Positions 50,458 through 62,708 of a stretch of DNA of 64,000 nt are shown piece after piece. Within the stretch, counting starts at the first letter, position 1. Every line of letters begins with the position of its first letter. The translations under genes were made by a program, and so were the position numbers. Source of the DNA: Camelus dromedarius (Eukaryota); the NCBI RefSeq assembly GCF_036321535.1, contig NC_087437.1:22508001-22572000 (forward strand), written 5' to 3'. Under the pieces are notes generated by a model. That model ran no database searches. It had not been told where the DNA came from and was given only the letters and a program-made list of their open reading frames with translations.

Positions 50458-52869
50458 GAAGAAGCTGGAGATAAAGATAGTAATGAGTCATTGAAGAGCT
50501 AGGAATGCCCTGTTGAAGAACTTGGACTTGATTCTGAGGTGGTGAGGAGCCACTGAAGGGTTTGAAAGAGCCCACTGACCTCAGGAGACTGGCCTTTTAA
50601 AGAACAAGACTCTGATAGCATCATGAAGAATGGACTAATAGAGACAAAGACCAGAAGCAGTGAGACCAGTCAAAGGGCTTTTGAATTCAGAAGTCTAGTA
50701 AAGGATTGAGGAATATCTTAACTTAGTGTCAGAGGAAAAGTAAAGAGGAAATGGATATTAGGAATATTTGCACGGCAACCAAGAGCACAGCTGGGACTGA
50801 GATACAAGCAGAAGACATTAGATTGACAAAAGCTAACCACTTCTTCTCTTACTAGAATGGTGTGGGGAAGACCATTTCCTGAATCCCCACTTGGGGATTC
50901 TCAACAGAGTCCTAAAGTCAGTAAGGGCCTGCTTTGTATGGCTGACTGATCGACCTTGGGTCAAGACAGCTTATGCATCAGGAATCTTGGGGATGACAAG
51001 TGTTGAGGTGGGACAAAGAAGCTCTTCAGAAGACACTATAGAACAATATCTGGGACTAGTGGCCATCACTTTACATTATAGGTAGGGGTAGAACATCAAG
51101 GTGGTTGAAGGGACAAGTGCTTTAGCAGGAGCCATGGGGTCCAATATACATCCCAGATTTGTAAAGTCTGGTAGATAGAGGCAGATATGAGACCTCACAG
51201 GGGCTCAAAGATAGTATCCAATCCATGTGCCTCTTCCCACTCTTTCATAATTCTGTCTCCAAAACCAAGAGTGGTTTCTGATGGAGAGAGAGGGGCTGCC
51301 TCAGGACCAACCTAATACTACATCAGGAGACATACCATTCTTCTCAGCCTCTTTAGATGCACAGCAGGCAAGTCACTTCTTGTCTGTTAGAAAGACTCTC
51401 TTGAGCTTTCCGATAAGGATCTATCACCAACTACTAGTGAGGAGTAGCATCTTACAGAGTTGAAAGGCGACTTTCACTTGTGAATGGAGAGATAATCTCA
51501 AAACAGTTATTTATTTGAAGAAAAAAACAAGTACCAGATAGTATTTTTTAAAGATTTTGACCAAGTGGAGAATAAAAGACAGAGGGTTTAGGCCATATCT
51601 CTGAGCAGAGAAGAGATGGCAGTTTTCATGGAGCATCACATCAAAGGGACTCAAAGCACGACATCCTGAATTTTGAAAATTGTGATAGCTTCTCCAGTCA
51701 AGTTCATCGTAACAGTGAAATGAATCTTACAGGGGAGAAAAGATTTTTCCTTGACAGCCCACACACCTCTATCTAATTCATTCAGAAGCGTAGCTGAGGC
51801 AGTTTTCTAAGCCCTATACTTTACTAACGTTAGAAAGAGATGCTGAAGAAGGTCCACAAGGAGTAACTGAAAGACAAGAGGGAAAGAAAGAGGTTAAAAA
51901 GGAAACCTAAGAAATGCTGTCACTGTAAAGATTAAAGTTTCTGAAGCAAAATCTCAGGCAATGCTCTGTATTTGAAAGAACTTGTGATAAATGCTCTGAG
52001 CAGAATAATTGTGCTTGTGTATGGCGAAAACAGAAAGAAAACACATTTCCAAACAGTAACTAATATTTAGAAAGGAGGCTTACTTGAAGCAAACCAGAAC
52101 CATTATGCTTGTCTGATGAAAATGGGATTTTCAAATTTGCAAAAATTTGCATTTTATACATAATGCACACACATTTTCCATGCACAGCATTCAAATATTA
52201 AAATCTTTATAGACCTTTTATTTAGTGTAATGCATTTGTACAATGTTTTGTATTGCCCCAGATAAAAATTCATCTACTGGTGTCGTGCTGTGTCAATCCT
52301 GAGGAAAGGCACACAAATCCTCATTTTAACAGGACAATAGCTTTGAGTAAGAGGATAAACTAGTCCTCCTTAATCTCCACTACCCTGCAGCTGACTCCAG
52401 AGGGCCACCCACATGGCCAGAGATTTGGGGAAGAACAGATTTGGGGAAGCACTTCTAAGAATGCCCTTTTCTTTCTCAATATCTCAACAAGTTCCAGACA
52501 AACTAAAAGAAGAGGTCAAATAATAAATACAATTTGTGTAGTGTTTTACAGTTAACAAAGAGTCTATCTCATTAAGTTTTCATAAAAGTTACAACTATAT
52601 TTTGGGTCAGATAGGTTGAGTAACTTGTCCAGGATCATTAGGAAGTGGCAGAGGTGGGGCTTCAATCCAGGCTGTCTTTGGGTTGTCACAGCTGTGCCTT
52701 GGCCATGGAACAGCAGCAAGACTGGGGGAACCCCTCTTCCTCTCAGTGGCCCCTGTGTCTGGGAGTCATGACATGACCCTTTGGTTCATTTGCACTTCTC
52801 CTACAGGACCTCTTTCTTTTAACATTTATTCTATATATCTCATTTCAAATTGTACCAAATATCTGTGCA

Positions 52870-53070
52870 GTGGCTCCAATACTAAGTTCTGCCACTTTCT
52901 AACTGAGGAGTTGTAGGCAAGTAGCCTAAGCCTAGGTTTTCTCATCTATTAAATGGAGATATGAAGTATCTATTGCATAGTATTGTTGGGAAGATGAAAT
53001 GTGATGGTATGTGTAAGTTACTTATCAATACATAACACATAGTAAATACTCAATAGACATTAACATTTTA
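52870..53070 (+). mobile_element. MIR
   Basis: gttctgccactttctaactg...ggcaagtagcctaagcctaggttttctcatctattaaatggagat...cacatagtaaatactcaata. Confidence 0.8.
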
Positions 53071-54274
53071 AAAAAAATGAGCAGGAATCTGGTAATACAC
53101 AAGTTCAGTGAAGAACATTTACTCTTCCAGTTAAACTGTGAACTGTCAGGAGGGCAGGCCATTATTTATTTAATGTATTTTATAATTTTACAATGTAGTC
53201 TATATTCTACCCTGGGGCTCTACCTAAGAATATGCTAAACCCTTCTACACACTCTTAGGGAAATACTACTTTCTTGCTGTTTGTGACCCTTTAGAAGGAG
53301 CAGAATCTTCTTTGTTTAGAATGCGAGAACCTAGCAGGTAGAAGTTATTTTCCTAAGGGACAGATGGATGTAGATGGAGTGATGGAAGGATAAAAGAATA
53401 GAGTACCATAACAACTCACTCTTTAGTACTCATTGTTAGTAAAATGGACAATATGGCTTATTTGAGTCATTTAAATTGATTATTTCTGTTAGAACAATCA
53501 TTTTCTGAACTATGAAATTATTTTCTGAACTATAGTTTGGTGGTATCAGAGTTACAGTACATAAAATAAGAGGCATTTAGTCAATATTCATTTTACAGAC
53601 GATGTAAATCAGGCCCAAATGTTCAAATATGTCTTTGAACTGTCATAGTCAAACAATCTTATTTTCTACAAGATTAATGCATTCAAAATCCTTCTTGTGC
53701 AAAAAATAAAATAAATTAAATAAATTAAAATGTAGCTTAGTTAAGTATTTTTCTTTTGCTAGAAATATTAAAACAGACAAATACCATCATCAGAGGAACT
53801 TCAATATCAATGTTTTACTAGTTAAAATCTCTTTTGGGTAAATCCATGGCCATTTCTCTGTTTCCTCTGGATCACCTGCACTTAGAGAGGTCACCTTTTT
53901 GGTGACATCATCAAAGGAAAAAGGTAATATTCTTCAAATATAACTGACTGCAGTCAGTCATCAAGCGGTGGGCGGAAACACTAATCAATAAATTGTCCAC
54001 TCAACTCATCAATCAATTAATAAAAAAATCATTTATTAAGCTTGATAGATAGCTCATCTGATCTCCAAACTACTCACTCAGCAAATATGTATGGCGCATC
54101 TACTAGTGCAAGGAATTGTGCTGAGTGGTAATGATATGTTGGTAAGGAAAACAGACATGGTCCCTGCCCCCATGGAGTCTCCAAAATAGTAGGGGATGAT
54201 AGACAATAAATGAGTAAATAAGTGAACATATAGTTGTAAATCATGGTAAGTGTTGTGATGAGGGCACCATATTT

Positions 54275-54467
54275 AAGGTTGCTATATTAAACTTCTATAT
54301 AAAAAAAAGTATTCATTATTGATCTGAAACTCAAATTTAACTGCAGGCCCTACATTTATTTATTTATTTAATTGAAGTATTGTCGATTTACAATGCTGTG
54401 TTAATTTCTGGTGTACAGCATAATGATTCAATTCTATTTTTTTATTTGCTATATCTGGAAACCCTAC
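54275..54467. mobile_element. MER53-like DNA transposon remnant (internally deleted, interrupted by an L1 tip)
   Basis: Termini taaggttgctatat ... ttatttgctatatctggaaacccta and internal atctgaaactcaaatttaactg match my recollection of the MER53 consensus. Confidence 0.7.
54355..54432 (-). mobile_element. Short L1 3'-tip insertion
   Basis: (ttta)n followed by attgaagtattgtcgatttacaatgctgtgttaatttctggtgtacagcataatgattca, the reverse complement of the same type of L1 terminus seen at 35236. Confidence 0.8.
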
Positions 54468-55859
54468 CAGTATAGAAAATAAATGTGTGTGCCTGTGTGT
54501 GTTGCAGAGGGCAGGAGAAAAGATACACTAGCTAGGATAGTCAAGCAAACCTCACTCTAGACAGTTTATTTAAACTGAGATTGGATAGATGAAAAGGAGA
54601 CAGCCAGGAAAGAAAGCAGGTGGCATGGTGGGGTGTTGTAGGTGCAGGAAGGGATAAAGAATTCCAGACAAAAAGAACAGCATGTTCAAAGGCCCTGAGA
54701 TGTCCATTTATTTCAGCAAGTATTCATTGAATATCTATTATGAGCCAGGCACTGGGCACCGGGGATACAATGATGAACAGAACAGAAGCATTCTCTACTC
54801 TGGTGGACCTGTAAGAGTTCTTTAGAACCAACTAGGATGACAGGGCACAGCAGCAGTGAAATCATATTTAGTAAAAGGATGGAAGATAATCCAACTATAC
54901 GATTTTTTATTCCCTTCGCTGTTAATATGAGGCTCAATGAAAAAAACAAAATGTGTATTTTTGTTAAATTCAACAACCATTTATCCTCAACTTGGCCAGG
55001 GGAAGAAAAGAAGAAAAGAAATTGGCTGACAACCTTTTGTTATCCTTTACAATAATTGTCTTTGGGTTGCTCATCAATAAAATGCCTCAAAATCAATGAG
55101 AAGTAAAATGAACTCTCTAGAGAAAATTCAGACCCATTTAAATAACTCCCTAAACCAATCAACTCAAGTATGGGAGGCGGTGGGGGCAGGGAGGCAAAAG
55201 GCACAAAGAAAACAACAAAAAACAACCACTTGTTTGATCTAGTCTGCCTTAAGAATATCAAGAGATGCTCTGGATATGAAAAAAGAACAGAAAACAGGAT
55301 AAATTCTATAAATGTAGTCATTTGGAAGGTGCCAGGATAACTACAAATACTCCAGTGAATTGTCTTTTTGTTCTGAAAATCAGTTTATTTGGAGGCGGGG
55401 GAGGAATGATTCTTATGGAAAAGAGCACAGAGCCATTCCTCTTATCACAGAAGCTAAGGCAAATTCTTTCTGTCTTGACAATTATCTGTGAGATTTTTCA
55501 GATAATATCTACTATATTAATGATAATACAGTTCATGGGGAAAATGATCAGAGATTAGTTTTCAGGCCATGAGCTGAGTTCATTACTTGAAAATCTAAGA
55601 AGAAGGAACAGAATTCTGATTTACAGCTCAATTTTTAATTTGATTATTTGAATACATTAAAAATGAATTCATACTCCAATGTATTTTCCGAATATAACAG
55701 GTTTTTAAGTATATTTCTCTGGAAATGCTCTTCCCTAGTGTTACTCATCAGTTAATAGCTGAAAACAAAATAAAATCTGATAGGATGATTATGATATAAT
55801 AATTAATAATTCAGAGACTAGTTATGTCAAACTAACCTTAAATACATGTGGTAGTCTAT

Positions 55860-56160
55860 TTTTCCAGCCTGCTGCTGGAATCTCAGCATCTTATCAGTAT
55901 ATCTGCTATATCTCTTAGATTCATATCAACTGCAAATTTGACAAGGCTGTGATTTGTCCCTCCATCTCAGTCACTGATAAAAATATTAAACAGAATAAGT
56001 CCCCAAATAGAGCTCTCTGCCAAGCTACTAGAAATATTGACTTTTGCTACTTAAATGAATACCCAATTACTTAATTTTGCTTATTACTAACTTTAAGTTC
56101 TCCATATTATTCCACAAGTTTCTGATGAGAGGCCAAGCACTTTGCATAAATCCAAACAAA
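55860..56160 (-). mobile_element. L3/CR1 RT-region fragment
   Basis: tcaactgcaaatttgacaagg...cagtcactgataaaaatattaaacagaataagtccccaaatagagctctctg. Confidence 0.6.
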
Positions 56161-56404
56161 ATTTAGTAGGGATTAACAATAATCCCTGCATTTGGGTCAA
56201 AAATTCTAATGCACTTTTGAAAACATAGCAGCCAACTCATTCACAGCAGAGCAACTGGGATGATGAATGAAATCAGAACTACGTCGTGTAGAACTGAAAT
56301 AGGGATTTGCAGAGGAGAAAACCTTTAATTCTTTTTGGTAGTTTTATTTTTTCTAATATGTTAGTGCAGCTTTTACATGAAAGAGAGGGTACTGTTCTTC
56401 AATA

Positions 56405-56830
56405 CTAAGGTGGCCAATTCAAATTTCCACAGAGGTCTGGCAGGCAATGTGAGTGAGGAGGACAGCCTTACTCTCACTTTTCCTCCTTTGATAAAGACAT
56501 TAGCACAAGGAATAATGCCTTTCCTCTTAACTATCCCGTAAAAAGTCACTGTGCAAACTCAATAGCCCACAGCTAATGATCCCTGGGCTCAGCGTAGGGG
56601 CGATACTATGACTGAGGTGTTGTACTTCGGGGAAAGAGGAGGGCAGCTGTTTCCTAATGCCAGTGAATTGTTGTCAGCGGAGATGTTATCTATGCTCTCC
56701 CAGTGTTAGTACATCTAACAGATTTTTTCAAAAGTAACCAGAAACCTGCATTTTTATGTTAATTTGCTTGATTTTTAAATCTTAAATAAATTCAGATTTG
56801 TTCTAAGAAAACACTTTGCCAGTCAACACA
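56405..56830. mobile_element. MER102-like hAT element (opposite orientation to the 50108 copy)
   Basis: attcaaatttccacagaggtctggcaggcaatgtgagtgag ... ttttttcaaaagtaaccagaaacctgcatttttatgttaatttgcttgatttttaaat. Confidence 0.65.
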
Positions 56831-57949
56831 GGGGAGTCCCAACAAAACCAAACTGCTAGTTACTGCAGGACAACCATGGGGTGGAGCAGGACCAATGGCT
56901 TGAAGATACAGGGAATCAGGTAGGAGATCACTGGAAGGAAGCACTCACTGCTCTTCAGAGTCCCAGCTAGGAGTGACCGCTTGCTGGTCATGTTGGAAGG
57001 CAGTCTAGTCTGAGACTGGATTGATTTACCTTGAATGCCCTTTCTCACTCTGAGAGTCTATGGTTCCAAATAAAGCTTTCCCTACGGTTCAGAGAGGGGA
57101 ATCTATGCCTAGAATTTTCTTGATAGTGTTTGTTGGAGAGGTAGGATGTGATCTCAACTTTGTAAAACAATAACCATTTGGAGACTGAAGACTTGGGAGG
57201 GAACTCCTAGCTGATAACACAGCAGGCACAAAAGAATAAAGGTAGAAATGAGGATGGCATGAAACGGGGAGGGCAATGAGAAAGTTCTAATGGTTCATTG
57301 TTTATGTCAAATAAACCTAGGGTCACAAACTGGTCACCTCTAGTTATGTTTGGCTATCACAATGTTTAAAATTAAAATTGAACCTAAAGTACTTTTGGAG
57401 GGCATGCACCTTCCACTTAGGCACTGGCCCCACCATTTTTTGTTGTCTTGTATCCTAGACCATCGCAAATTTACATCACCTGCTTTGTCTCCAAATACTT
57501 CAAATTGCATTATCATTAATACAAAGGCAAAAAACCTGATTTTATGTAAACATATTTTCTTGAGTCAAGTTCATGATGCATACATCCTATACCTCTTAAA
57601 TATTATTATATGGCTAGGAATTTGGAACTTCAAATTAAAAATGATCTAAATGGACTGGACAAAGGTTTCAATTTTCAGTCAACTGTTCTGGCAGAGATAC
57701 ACATATTTCTAGGGTTTTACTCTTATAATTTAAAATCAGGTTTTGCTGTCACACAAATACCTGTGCTTGTGTAAGTCTTTTATAACCATCCTCCCATTGG
57801 ATCTTACCACAACCTTAGTCATTCATTCATTAGACAGAGATCTACTAACAAAAGATTGCCAACTATTATGCCAGTTGTGGGGTGCTCAGAATGTAGCAGT
57901 AGACACAACTTAAAGCCTCTACTAGGTGAGGCACTTTTATTCCCATTAA

Positions 57950-59720
57950 AAATGCATTTACTACCAAAGTAAAACAGAAATACACCCTCTATATTAAAGG
58001 TTAAGGCAATGCAAAAATACAGAATAAAATGTGAAAGCCATTTCCTTACACTTATGTGTACTTATATACAAATGTCAATTTTTGTATAAATGCTATTATA
58101 CAATACGTATTTTTCAGAAATGTTATTTTGCAACTTAAAACGCCTTAGAGATTTTTCTATGTCATCTACTTTTTAAAGACTCCGCAGTTTTCTCCAGTTT
58201 GTATGTAGTACAATATACTTAATCTCCTTCATCAATATACATTTTTGGCTGTTTATATTTTTGTTGTCATTACACTGATGCACAGTATAGGTATCTTTGT
58301 CTGCATAAGGAAATATTTCTTGAGTTATATTACTAGAAGTAGTTTTACTGGGTACATTTAACATGTTGGGTGATACTGACAAATAGTGTATAAGAACACC
58401 TAAGGCTCTTTATTCTTGCCAATACTGAACTGAACTTGAAAAAATCCTTTAAATTTTGCTAATTGTATAGATGTAAAATGTCTCATTTGAATTTATATTT
58501 TCCCTATTTGTAAATAAACATCATTTTACCTCAGTATATGTATATATATATGTACACGTACATGTATATACACACATACAGAGACCTGCAAATTATTTGT
58601 TCGTATTTTTTATTCAGATTTTTATTGTATTATTTTTTTCACACTGATCTGTAGGTGTTCTTTGTGTATTTAAAATATTAAGACTGTCAAAGATGTCACA
58701 AATATTTTCTTCTAGTCTGTCATTTGTCTCCTATTTATGCTGTTATTTACTTTTTAAAATTTGTGTATAAATTGGTTAATTTTTTATTTTACTGTTTTTA
58801 AGTTTTGAGTCTTATTTAGGAAGACCATTAACATTACAAAATTATAGAAATGTCTTCTAATATTTTCATAGTTTTTTCTCAACATTTAGTTCTGTAATCC
58901 CTCCAGAGTTTCTTTTTTAGAAATGATGTGAATTAGGCATTTAACTTTTTCTTCCAAAGGAATAGCCCATTGACTCACACTATTTATTAAAACACCCAAT
59001 CTGTTGCCTTTATATGGGAAGAATAATTTGACTTGGGTTTCACATTCTTTCCCTTAAAAGTGAAAATGTGTGGCCTTTCCATCTTCTGAAATTGAATGTC
59101 ACTGTGGTCAAGTCCCAGGCCAACCTAATCATTTCTGCTTTTGTAAGTAACTTGGATTTTCTGTCTTTCTTTAAACTTGAAATTCAAAAACTTTGCCATT
59201 TTACCTCATTGTGTTGATGATTCCAAATGACATTTTCCTGGTATCCAGTGACTCCTTTAAGTCTTTTAATTCACTTATTACATAATTTCAGGAGAATATT
59301 GCTTTATTATGTTTTAAAATAATTTCCATGTGTTTTCTTCTCAAAAGCACTCAATTATCTGTCATCCAGTTCTATCATATTCCCTATAGTCATTATTATA
59401 TCTTTGTTCTTTTCTTTTGTTATTTCCTCAAGTCTATCTTCTATGTTCCTGACAGTGTTTTCAGAGTTCATCATGTTTTTGTTGTTTCTAAAGTGTTTTT
59501 TAAATCTCGTCAGTGATTTTATCTCTCCAGCTTTTCTCCTGAGTTCTGCCAGCACACTTTTAATCTCCCTTGATTATTTTATGTCTCTCCCATGAAGTCT
59601 TGAATCATATATCTGTATCTATATCTAGAGGGAGAAAGAAAATTCATATTGTCCTTCATAATAGTGGAGAATTCTTTGTTTAAATTTTTCTTTAATACTT
59701 TGGTAAATTGGGGGATTATG
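57950..59720 (-). mobile_element. Ancient L1ME 3' region followed by an ORF1-like (L1M/HAL1) fragment
   Basis: T-rich with L1 motifs (tgtcacaaatattttcttctagtctgtcatttgtct; aatagcccattgactcacactatttattaaa). ORF 59355..59555 (-) resembles a degenerate ORF1 coiled coil (NSENTVRNIEDRLEEIT). Confidence 0.75.
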
Positions 59721-59916
59721 GGCTCTTCTTTGGCTTAAATTTTAAAAAATACTTTGCAGTTTTGATGAATATGTCCTACTCCCTGCTTTCTGATTATCAT
59801 TCATCTTTAAAAGAGACTGGCTGTTTATTAAAGAATAATATAGTGCAGGCATACAGGGAAATGGGTGGAATAGAGTTGAGTAAACTGAAGCCAACTGAAG
59901 TTTTAATTTGGGTTTG

Positions 59917-60372
59917 GTTCTGGTTATCTATCGTTGCACAACAAACCACCCCAGAACTTAGTGGTCTGAAACAACAATCAGTTGTTTTGCTTACAGATCT
60001 GCAAACTGGGCAGAGCTCAGCAGGTTCAGCTCATTTCTGCTGCAGTGGCATCAGCTAGGGCAGTTCTAAAGATACACTTCAAGGATGAACTACCGACACA
60101 TCTGGAAAGTGGGCTGGCTGTCATTCCCTCCCCAGGTGGTACTCTTCACAGAGCGGCTTGACCTCACAGCAAGGTGGCTGCTTTCCAAGGGAGTGTCATA
60201 AGGGACAGGAAATGGAAGCTATTAGTTTCTTAAGGTCTGGGCCTAGAAACTGGTACAGCATCCCCTCCTCTGCATTTTATCCATTCAAGAGGACAAGGGG
60301 AGGGAACACAGGCTTCATCTCCCTGTGGGAGAAGTGTCAAAGAATGTGAGGGTCATGTTCAAAAACTGCCCC
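59917..60372 (-). mobile_element. MLT1G/H-like solo LTR
   Basis: gttatctatcgttgcacaacaaaccaccccagaacttagtggtctgaaacaacaatc...gggcagagctcagcagg is the reverse complement of an MLT1 3' end. Confidence 0.82.
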
Positions 60373-60969
60373 AAGTTGTCTGTCTTATACATTTGTCACT
60401 AAATCTGGTTTCTTTCTGTTGGGAATACATCTCTTTGCAGTCCACAGAATTCAAATTGAGTGCCATAGAGAAAAGACCCATAAGTTACAGACAAATTATA
60501 TTTTGATTTGGAAATTGTTTTCCCTTTCCTCCAATGCAAATAGCCTCCTCCAGTGCCCTAGCTAGGAAACTAGAATGTAGGTCAGCATGATTTCTACTCA
60601 TCTTTCATTCTGAAAGGTCAGATTATTTTCCTCCATTTCTTCCTTGGCCCATCCAACCTGATCTTATCTGTGCTCAAAATAACAGAATATTAAATTAGCT
60701 GCTCCTTTTAGTGATGTGATATGCTGTCAGGTCCGAGAGGAACTGCCTTGGCTCAGCATCTTTCCATCTCTTGTTCATGATTTCACATTATTTGGCAGCA
60801 ATACTTCATACTTAAATATTTCATAGTTTATGGTTTGGAGGTGGGACTATTTCACTGTTTCATGTGCTATGAAAATTTCCTATTTTTCAATGGTTTTCAT
60901 AGTTCTACTTTGTTTTGAAGGCATCTAGGAGAATAAAATATTTTGTCCTTCTGTTTTAAGCAGAAGCTC

Positions 60970-61386
60970 CACATGAACTTTAGAATTACCTCAAAAAAAT
61001 CTGTTGAGATTTGAGGAGTGAGATTATTTTGAAGGTTACTTGGGGGGAGGGTTAACTACTGTACAATATTTAATCCTCCCATCCTATTTCATAGTAGGTC
61101 TCCTCATTTATTGAGGTTGTCTTTTTTTGTCCTTCACTAAAGTTAAGATTTTTCTTCTCACATATCGTTTATTATTTAGGGATATTCTAGTTTATTTAAT
61201 AGAATAATAGAATATTTAGGGATATTCTAGTTTATTTAAAATTTTAAATGCTACTGTGAACTAAATAATTTTCCCATTACATTTTATCATCAGTTGTTGC
61301 TGAAGTTTAAGAAAGCTATTTTGTGTGTCAGTCTTCTGTCCAGCCAGATTTCTGAGCTCTCTAAATTTTGACATTTGAGTCTCCTG

Positions 61387-61388
<2 letters not shown>
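60970..61388 (-). mobile_element. Ancient L1M ORF2 fragment, host of the young L1 insertion; appears to resume near 62711
   Basis: tacaatatttaatcctcccatcc...gtaggtctcctcatttattgaggttgtc, tttaagaaagctattttgtgtgtc. Continues as aagtagataaccatatca after the young L1. Confidence 0.7.
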
Positions 61389-61417
<29 letters not shown>

Positions 61418-61471
61418 GGTTTTTAATGGTGGCATCAATTTCTGCCATCATCTCTGCAATGTGATATTGGG

Positions 61472-62708
61472 TTTTTTTTGTTGTTGTTTGTTTGTTTTTT
61501 TAACATTTTTATTGATTTATAATAATTATACAATGTTGTGTCAAATTTCAGTGTAGAGCCCAATTTTTCAATTATACATGAACATATATATATTCATTGT
61601 CACCTTTTTTTCTTTGTGAGCTACCATAAGATCTTGTACATATTTCCCTGTGCTATACAGTATAATCTTGTTTATCTATTCTACATTTTGAAATCCCAGT
61701 CTATACCTTCCCACCCCCTGCCCCCTTGGCAACCACAAGTTTGTATTCTATGTCTGTGAGTCTGTTTCTGTTTTGTATTTATGTTTTGTTTTGTTTGTTT
61801 GTTTTGTTTTTGTTTTTTAGATTCCGCATATGAGCGATCTCATATGGTATTTTTCTTTCTCTTTCTGGCTTACTTCACTTAGAATGACATTCTCCAGGAG
61901 CATCCATGTTGCTGCAAATGGCATTATGTTGTTGGTTTTTATGGCTGAATAGTATTCCATTGTATAAATATACCACCTCTTGTTTATCCAGTTATCTGTT
62001 GATGGACATTTAGGCTGTTTCCATGTCTTGGCTATTGTAAATAGTGCTGCTATGAACATTGGGGTGCAGGTGTCATTTTGAGGTAGGGTTCCTTCTGGAT
62101 ATATGCCCAGGAGCAGGATTCCTGGGTCATATGGTAAGTCTATTCCTAGTCTTTTGAGGAATCTCCATACTGTTTTCCATAGTGGCTGCACCAAACTACA
62201 TTCCCACCAGCAGTGTAGGAGGGTTCCCTTTTCTCCACAGCCTCTCCAGCATTTGTCATTTGTGGACTTTTGAATGATGGCCATTCTGACTGGTGTGAGG
62301 TGATACCTCATTGTAGTTTTGATTTGCATTTCTCTGATAATTAGTGATATTGAGCGTTTTTTCATGTGTCTATTGATCATTTGTATGTCTTCCTTGGAAA
62401 ATTGCTTGTTTAGGTCTTCTGCCCATTTTTGGATTGGGTTGTTTGTTTTTTTCTTATTAAGTCGTATAAGCTGCTTATATATTCTGGAGATCAAGCCTTT
62501 GTTGGTTTCATTTGCAAAAATTTTCTCCCATTCTATAGGTTGTCTTTTTGTTTTACTTATGGTTTCCTTTGCTGTGCAGAAGCTTGTAAGTTCTATTAGG
62601 TCCCATTTGTTTATTCTTGCTTTTATTTCTATTGCTTGGGTAGACTGCCCTAGGAGAACATTTTTGAGATGTATGTCAGATAATGTTTTGCCTATATTTT
62701 CTTCTAGG
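61472..62708 (-). mobile_element. Young 5'-truncated LINE-1 (ORF2 C-terminus, 3'UTR and A-rich tail), camelid-type
   Basis: ORF 61817..62740 encodes L1 ORF2 sequence (LEENIGKTL..., [47 protein letters not shown]). The 3'UTR has a G-rich tract, AATAAA at 61513-61508 and an A-rich tail at 61472-61501. L1 homology stops near 62708. Confidence 0.96.
61817..62708 (-). pseudogene. L1 ORF2 C-terminal fragment (about 297 codons, open, includes the cysteine-rich region)
   Basis: Uninterrupted frame in the ORF track. The N-terminal ~11 residues of the track ORF come from flanking DNA. No endonuclease, RT core or promoter is present. Confidence 0.9.

Larger units (their letters stand above)
49560..50790 (-). 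mobile_element. L2 interrupted by MER58A and MER102
   Basis: ggtatttcaggcaaaggaacag before the hAT elements and aacttggacttgattctgaggtggtgaggagccactgaagggttt after them. Confidence 0.7.
54070..54830 (-). mobile_element. L2 fragments (interrupted by MER53 and an L1 tip; second L2 3' end at about 54705)
   Basis: cactcagcaaatatgtatggcgcatctactagtgcaagg...aaacagacatggtccctgcccccatggag; attccagacaaaaagaacagcatgttcaaaggccctgaga; cagcaagtattcattgaatatctattatgagccaggcactg. Confidence 0.8.
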
